The notes beneath the pieces are model-generated. The model saw only the letters and a list, made by a program, of their open reading frames with translations. It did not search any database and was not told where the DNA came from. This document shows, piece by piece, positions 56,761 to 64,000 of a stretch of DNA of 64,000 nucleotides. The first letter of the stretch is position 1. Each line of letters starts with the position of its first letter. Both the position numbers and the translations under genes were made by a program. The stretch is taken from NCBI GenBank assembly GCA_002269645.1, contig NIVC01003106.1, positions 1 to 64,000 of the forward strand, given 5' to 3'. Source of the DNA: Macrostomum lignano. Taxonomy: Eukaryota.

Positions 56761-59700
56761 ATGGCTTCAACTAATGATCCAACGGCCGCAGACGCAACAG
56801 CCGACGCCGCAGGCCCCGACAACTCAACTACTAGACCGACCTATGACAAGATGATTTGTGCAGTGACCGATGAGGTGCACCGGAGACTGGAGCAGACTAG
56901 CCTGGGCCAGCTGCAACACCATCACTATGTGTGCCAGCAGCCCCAGCAGCAGGATCGAGCTCCAGCGCCAAAACCAGTCAAGATCCAGTGGTACACGCCC
57001 AACCAGAAATTTGACGTCTGGATCAAGGCTCTCAAAGAGCGATGCAAGCTCAACAGGATCAATGACGACAGACAAAAGAAGGCAGAGGTCCTCGTGAATC
57101 TGGACATCGCCACAGCCTACCCTGCAGTTGTCAGGATGGAGTTTGGTGAGTTCAAACAACAATTGTCTAAGCGTTTTACGCATGTCGCCGACACGCTGGA
57201 GTACCGGGAGCAATTTCGAAGCTGCCAGCAAGGCAAGAACGAGAGTGTGGACAACTACGGCGACCAACTAATTGCTTTGGCCGATTGAGCGTTCCCGCAT
57301 TTTACCCCAGTTCAGAAGCAGGTTGAACTGGTGGATCAGTTCACTGTGGGAGTGCGGATTGCTCAGTTGGCCCGAGAACAGCTAATCCTGGTGCAATCCC
57401 CAAATCTGACCGCAGCGAGACGGGCCGTGCTACGCCTGGAGACAGCAGCTAGCATGGCTCAGCGTATAGCACTGCCGCCAGCAGCGAGACACGTCCGGGT
57501 TCTTGAGGATGACAACGATCAGATGCCCACTGTGGTGCAACACGACAAGTCATCTCGGCCCAAGGAAAACTGGTTGCGAGAAGTCATGGAACAAGCTGAG
57601 ACACAGCAAGAGCAGCGACGCCTACTTGAAACTTTGAGTAATGCGATGCGAGAGTTCTACTCGCGGGGATTGCGCAACAACGACACCCCGGAGCCATGGG
57701 AACCTTGACACCAGTCGCGGGACTCGTAGGACCAACGCTCTAGATGTCTAGTACATCCGACACCTCGCCGCAGTGCCGACGGAAGTGCCCAATTTACAAC
57801 GCCCAGCAAAAAGAACTGTGCCGCACGACCAGTTCCAGCGACTTCAGCAACCAAAAGACGGCAGCAACCCGCCACCGAGAACCCGCCAGCAGGAGGTCAA
57901 CATTGACAGCAACAGCTGCAGCAGCAGCTGCAGCAGCAGCTGCAGCAGCAGCAACAGCAGCAACAATCAAGTTCAAGACCGCTGCCCTATCAGTTGCGAC
58001 GGCAAAGTGCAATGTGCTACAGGTGCAACTGCGAGCATTGCGCTGACAAATGCCCGCACTGACGGTCGGCCAGCACTGCGTCCCAGCACAACAGCAGCTT
58101 GGGAAACGGGATGGCTGGACGTGCCATCAGGGGCAGCACCATCCAGCAGCCGTGCCAGCACTAAAGTCCCCACCGCAGACTTTAGTCGCTCAGCAGGCCA
58201 CTGCTGAGCCCGCCTCCGCCGCACCTGTACAGAGCTTTGCACCCAAGCGACCTCAAATAGATCCGTTTTTAACTGGTGAGATTCAGGGTCATTATTTTGC
58301 TTTTCTACTTGACACCAGTTCTAAGTGCGAAGTCCTAGGCTTCAGCACCTGGCATCGCCTATGTACTGATGACCCAACCCTGTGTGGCCAAATCAAGCCC
58401 TGCCTACAGCGCATCGTGACCTACAATGGTGAACCAATTCAGATGGCAGGAGAATTAACCATTAAAGTGAAGATTGGGAATTTCGAGCCTACAGTCAAGT
58501 TTCTGCTAGCGAAAGGATCTCATGACAACATCCTGGGTTTCGAGTTTCTGGAGAAGTACAGCACCTCACTGGATCTCGCCGCTGGGATGCTATTCTTCAA
58601 GGACGGCACTGCTGCACCACTCCGTTACACACGAACAGAAGCGACAACGTCCAGAATTTACACGGCTGAGAGCACAACCGTGCCGCCGCTATCATCAGCC
58701 CGAATCAAGATTAAACTTGCCAAAGGACAAGAGAACCAGGGTATACCCGCCATGATCGAGCCGTTGAAACCGGCTCGGCGCGAAGAAGATGTGCAGCACC
58801 TGGACGCCGCGCCTGCCCTGATATCTATGGCCAATGGAGAAGGTGCTATCAAGATGATTAATCGGGGAACAACATCAATCAAAGTACAAGCGAATGCCTT
58901 AGTCGGGATTGCTAGACCCATCAGACTGCCTGAGTTACAGTTCTTCCCGCTGCTGAAGCCAGAAGACTTGGTCAATCAAATCCAAGACAAAGATCCTGAT
59001 GCTTGGATCAAGGAGATTGACATCAGGGAAGATCTCAAGCTCAAGTCATCGAGCTATTGAAGAAGTACAAGACCATCTTCTCTCAGGGGCCACACGATCT
59101 CGGCCAAACCCACCTGGTCACCCACAGTATTGTGCTAAAGGACACGAATCCGGTGCATCTGCCAACTCGCCGGATCCCGCCGCATCTGCTACCCAAAGTG
59201 GACCAGCTACTCGATGATCTGTTGGCCAAAGGCGTGATTTGACCGAGCTTCTCCAGCTACAACACTTTGCTGGTGATCATCCCGAAGAAGGATGGCAGCC
59301 TGCGAATTGTGCAAGATTTCCAGAGTCTGAATCAAAAGTGCGAGTATTTTCCGTACCCGATTCCTAACATCCAAGAAGCATTTGCCAGCCTTGAGCGAAG
59401 CCAGCTATTCAGCACATTCGACCTCAATAGCGGCTACTATCAGATTCCGCTGCGTCCAGAAGATCAGGATCTGACTGCCTTTGCTACGCTGCACTGCGGA
59501 CAATTTGCCTACAAGGTCATGCCTATGGGGCTAAGTTTAGCGCCAGCCAGCTTCATGCGCCTCATGAATGCTATACTCAATGGGATTACCTACAAAAGCG
59601 CAATAGCCTACCTGGATGACGTAATCGTTTATTCTAAGAAATTTAACAACCATCTGCTCTATATGGAAGAGGTATTTAAGTGAACTCAAGATGCTAATTT

Positions 59701-62172
59701 AAAGTTTAAAGGCAAGAAATGTCATCTATTTCGGACCAGTTTAAACTATCTGGGACACGTTGTAACAAAGGATAGAATCAAGACTGACCCGGCAAAAATC
59801 GAAGCTATTCAAACTTGGCCAAGACCAAAAACAGCTTGGCAACTGAAAAGTTTTGTCTGCACTTGCACTTATTATGCTAAATTTGTACCTGGCTACGCAG
59901 AACTTGCTGCTCCGCTTCACGATCTGATTAAGGAGAAGAAGATCCGAAATTTCAATTGTCTATGGGGAAAAGCCCAGCAAGACGCATTCGACTAGTTCAA
60001 GGCAGCTATGACTTTGACATCAGTGCTTGCGTATCCGCAGTTCAGCGAAGATCCGAATGTAATATTTGTCCTGGACACGGATACTTCTGCGACCAGAATC
60101 GGAGCCTGCCTGAGCCAACAGAGTCCAACGGCGAGGCTACGCCGCCAGCAACATTGACAGCCGATAGCAAGTCGCTGACAGTGCTGCACCCGCCGGCAAC
60201 GAAGCCGAGGCCATCAGCCAGCCGTCTGCGAGACTCTCAGAGGTCGCCCACCAGTTTTAGCAGTACGACATGTTGCCCATCAAGGAGCCGCCGTCTACTA
60301 GCTGAAGGCGACGGGGACAGCGACCACAGTGCAGCCAGCAACGACTGCTGCCAACCCGTTTGCTATCCTGTGTTCAAAAAGGTGAGATTTAGCCTCGACG
60401 CCGATAGCTCTGCTGACTCACTCTCATCTGTTGACGAATCCAATGCTGACGACACCGACGCCAAACTGACTGATGAGGATTGGCCTTCAAATCCTTCAAC
60501 GACCCAGCAACCGGCCAGAGTGGCAGTCGTGCGGAGGGAGCTCCAGACCCTGAACCATGATGCCACAGCCGAAGACACGCCGTCTAATTTGACTAACCGA
60601 CGCCAAGCCTTGAATCTAACTGATCACATCCCAAGGCCAATCACTCGTGAGGAGCTCCAGACTCACCAGCATGCTGATTCTGCCAGCATGATGATGATCA
60701 ACCTTATCGAAAGTCGACAACCGAAGCCGCCGCTGAATCAGCGGTTAAATCTGACAAGAGATGAGCAAAATCTCTTAGCATTTTACGAACTGCTAGAGGT
60801 CCGAGACGATGGACTTTTAGTCATCCATCTTAACAATGTCGCTGAAGAGGACACAGCGAGGATCATCCTGCCAAAGAGTCTCAATGCCACGGTGTTCGCT
60901 GACCTGCATGGTTCGCCTACTGCGGACACATGGGCCGAGATCTCACCATCGCGAAGGTGCGCGAGAGGTTCTGGTGACTGGCCCTGGCCAAGGCCATGTC
61001 CAACTATGTCGCTTCCTGCCAGACCTGCACTCAGAGCAAAGGACGGCGACGCATCCCAGCGCATGTACAATCATTTCCGGTCTGCGAAATCTATGGGCAA
61101 TTCGTGATTGACATCATGGGCCCCACTGGAGACCCGACAGACCGAGGCAACAAGTACATCCTCACCTATGTCGACACGACATCGAAGTATCCATTTGCCT
61201 TCGCCATGAAGAATCAGCGGGCCAAGACGATCATAACTCTGCTCCAAGAACAAGTCTTCCCGATCACCAGAATCCCTGCATGGATCCATTCGGATCAAGG
61301 CAAGCAGTTCACCAGGCACGAGTTTCAACATTTCTGCGAAGTCTATGGCATTTAGCAAACGACAATGCCGCCATACTCGCCTTGGGCCAACGGACAAGCT
61401 AAATCGTACAATAAAAACATCAAAAAAGTGCTCACTTGTCTCCTGGAAGATCACCAACAATGGGAAAAGATGTTGCCAGCCACTTTGACAGCCCTGCGAT
61501 CTGCAGTCAACTGTACGACGGGTTTCTCGCCGCATTACGTCGTCTACGGAGTGCCCTATCGGTACCAATTGATAACACCCTAGACTGCCTGGACGTATCG
61601 CCGGACCTCCCTGAGTACATCGCAAAGCATCAGCGCAGACTGGCTGAGATCAAAAGAATTGTACGACAGCGATTGCGACTGAGATTTAACGCCGCAAAGA
61701 GTACTATGAAAACCGGCCTAAGCCCATGGAACTGCAGCCTGGAGACCTGGTCTGCCTGGCCAACCCGAAGCTCAAATTGGGAGAGCTGCCAAAGTTTCAC
61801 TGGCCATACAAGAGCTTGTACAAAGTCAACAGAAAGGTCGGCGAAGTAGCCTATTGGATCCAGCCAGCGACAGCCCTTTGAGGACACCCCGCTGAGATGT
61901 TGGTGCACTGCAACAACATCATCAAAGTGCCGCAAATGATGGTAAATCGACCGCAGGCGCCGCCGCGCCAAACCAAGCGGCCAATGTTGCCCTACGAGTC
62001 GAGCGACGACAGCGAAGTCGACCCAGCCAATCAGCCCACTCCTGAACAACCAGCCGCAGCTTAGCCTGACATGCGCAGCAGCCAATTGTTCGAGCCAAGC
62101 CCCCACCATCCGGAAGTGCTGCCCAAAGGCGACCCGGATTTGCCTGATATCGGTGCGGAGATTGAAGTTTGA
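56761..62172 (+). pseudogene. gag-pol of Gypsy element 2, with stops, frameshifts and a partial RNase H deletion
   Basis: gag WYTPNQKFDVWIKAL.. and knuckle CYRCNCEHCADKC; protease LLDTSS; RT FDLNSGYYQI, MPMGL, YLDDVIVYS; RNase H LDTDTS; integrase IDIMGP, HSDQG, YSPWANG. Confidence 0.9.
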
Positions 62173-62322
62173 AAGGTAATTACCAATGCATTTTATGTCG
62201 CGCCAAGTTGCTAACTTTTGATGCACGTTACTATTAGTAGTTGATTTTGCGAACGCATTCCAATTTTTTAATTTTGCCGTAAGCTTTCTCTGCACCTGCT
62301 CTGTGCTGAAAGCAGTTTTTTA

Positions 62323-62580
62323 TATTTTAATTTCAATGTACTTTCCTTATGCTTCAGGGTTAAAAGCAATTCTCATTTTCCTTATGCTTTCAGGTAAAAG
62401 CAGGTGTCAAATTTTAATTTCAATGTACTTTCCTTATGCTTTAGGGTTAAAAGCAATTCTCATTTTCCTTATGCTTTTAGGTAAAAGCAGGCATCAAATT
62501 TTAATTTCAATGTACTTTCCTTATGCTTCAGGGTTAAAAGCAATTCTCATTTTCCTTATGCTTTTAGGTAAAAGCAGTGT
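62323..62580 (+). repeat. 87-bp tandem repeat x3 in the post-pol region of Gypsy 2
   Basis: Direct reading; each unit has two ttccttatgctt(t)(c/t)ag motifs. Confidence 0.9.
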
Positions 62581-63675
62581 GTATTTGATCAGTTTCGTGC
62601 TCATGTACAGTGTATAATTTGCTATTATCCAACGCGGTTCATTAATCAGCACTTCTGCTCTTCATATTTCTCCCTTTGCTGCAGTAAAGCCTGCGCTAAT
62701 GCAACTTATTTAATCAATGCGTTAAATTTTTATTCAATGTGATACTATAAAATCATTGCTTAATTGCATTCTCATCTAATTTTGCGCCTCCCCATTTGCT
62801 ATAAACTTCTTGCACGCGATCAAAGTGCAGAAGTGTCCCAATTTTCTTGCCTTAAGCCTTTCGGAGAAAAGCAACTAATTTTTGCAAACTTTGCAGTTAG
62901 TTTCATGCTGAAGGTCCCTCTCTTCTATTTGTGTGCCCACTGCCTAAGGGCCAAACTGTCATTTGCCCCACCTAGGTCAAGAGCCCAGTTTTCCAACTAG
63001 GCCTTGTCCTCAGTGGAGGCCTTTTGAGGTGACTCGACCCCTGTTTTCTTTGTTCAATTTAGTTTGAGCCTGGGAAAATTTCGTGAGGGCTGACTTTTGT
63101 TTCCCCTCTCCCAGTGCCAGTCGTTTGCTCTTGTTTTCCTGTAACTCCTTGTTGAGCCCACCAGTTTGACAATTTTGGTCACTAACTTACTTATACTATA
63201 TTATCTTAGCTATAAGGAGCCACAATTGCTCCCTCTTTCTATCTATTTTTCTATTTACTGTTTAACGCGATGTTCAGCTTTCCCAACCACCAACCCGTTT
63301 AATGTGAGCCGCTTAGGTGCCCCCAATTCATTCAAATCAGGAACCCTGCCGCGTGTTTACCTGTTTTATAGCCTTTTGGATTTAACCACCCACCCCTTCA
63401 CCATGCATGCCCGCCATAGAGTGCATGCAGGGTGGAGGCCTGTTCCCAGTTAGGGACCCCTCATTTCCATCTGCGTGACGGTATTCTGAGTATATAAGTC
63501 GCACCCTGGCTCTGATTCTTTTTCTAATTGTTAATTATCCGGCTTGCCACTTATATTCAGCCGACATCATTCGATTGTGACCAATTGACTAATCCATTAA
63601 TCCGGCGACCGGGCTCAACTTCATTTGTCTCGTCGCCATGCCCGATCATGGAGTGCTGGCACCCCCGACTGGCGG

Positions 63676-64000
63676 ATGTTCAACATCCCAATAATTTCTG
63701 GGCCATCCGAGCTCCACACACCTCCTGCGCCCGCCCCAAGCCCGGACGTCGGAGTCGAGCAGTACCTGGACCTAGTCCACGCCACGCCTGCGCTGGAGGC
63801 CGACGACACCGATTTCTTGTGGCTGCTAGAGTACGGCCCCGAAGTCACGCCACCATCTGCCTGGTCAAGCACCTCCAGCCAGGCCTACTCGGAGGCGTCG
63901 GGCACCTCAGCCTTGGAAGCAGCCCCAATGGCCAGTGTGGAGCCGGCCCAAATGCTCCAGGAACTACTTTACCTGGAATTGCTGCATCCCCAGGAGCCGA
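63676..64000 (+). CDS. Candidate extra ORF downstream of pol (acidic, Pro/Ser-rich), open to the window end
   Basis: MFNIPIISGPSELHTPPAPAPSPDVGVEQYLDLVH..LLYLELLHPQEP; no stop from 63601 to 64000; GC-rich compared with the preceding AT-rich spacer. It is missing from the ORF track, presumably because it has no stop in the window. Confidence 0.5.
   Translation, partial: MFNIPIISGPSELHTPPAPAPSPDVGVEQYLDLVHATPALEADDTDFLWLLEYGPEVTPPSAWSSTSSQAYSEASGTSALEAAPMASVEPAQMLQELLYLELLHPQEP

Larger units (their letters stand above)
55662..64000 (+). mobile_element. Gypsy LTR retrotransposon 2; 3' end lies outside the window
   Basis: 5' LTR 55662-56391 (TG..CA, AATAAA ~56220), PBS TGGTGGCAGC at 56393, then gag and pol. 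Confidence 0.9.

Noticed and set aside
61630-62295. 221-aa antisense ORF in the integrase tail
   Set aside because: Shadow ORF on the opposite strand of GC-rich pol; no recognisable motif.

Overview
AT-rich, intron-containing animal genomic DNA; it is not prokaryotic. The compact introns, poly-Gln ORFs and repeat types resemble a flatworm such as Macrostomum, but this is an inference only. Host genes: (i) two tandem paralogous single-pass receptor genes on + (the 3' end of one at 1-1071; a CUB-CUB-Ig-like(x3)-TM gene at ~3854-8366); (ii) three paralogous secreted lectin genes on - (signal peptide, two F-type lectin domains, WSC domain) at 10065-13220, 14448-34113 and 39776-42632; (iii) a myocardin-related transcription factor (3 RPEL, basic box, Q-rich, SAP) on - at 45716-53857, with two 1-bp frameshifts. 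The last intron of lectin copy 2 has grown from ~0.32 kb to ~17 kb. It holds a decayed Gypsy LTR retrotransposon whose 3' LTR is split by a head-to-tail array of three non-autonomous Helitrons, one of which carries a solo LTR, plus an expanded 32-bp minisatellite. Other mobile DNA: a fourth Helitron inside an MRTF intron microsatellite, a 5'-truncated RTE LINE, a 2.9-kb element with ~155-bp TG...CA inverted repeats and no transposase, a MITE, LTR relics, and a second Gypsy element that runs off the right end with an extra ORF downstream of pol. Many long ORFs in the track are artefacts of simple repeats. All exon models were built by eye from GT-AG sites and phase consistency.
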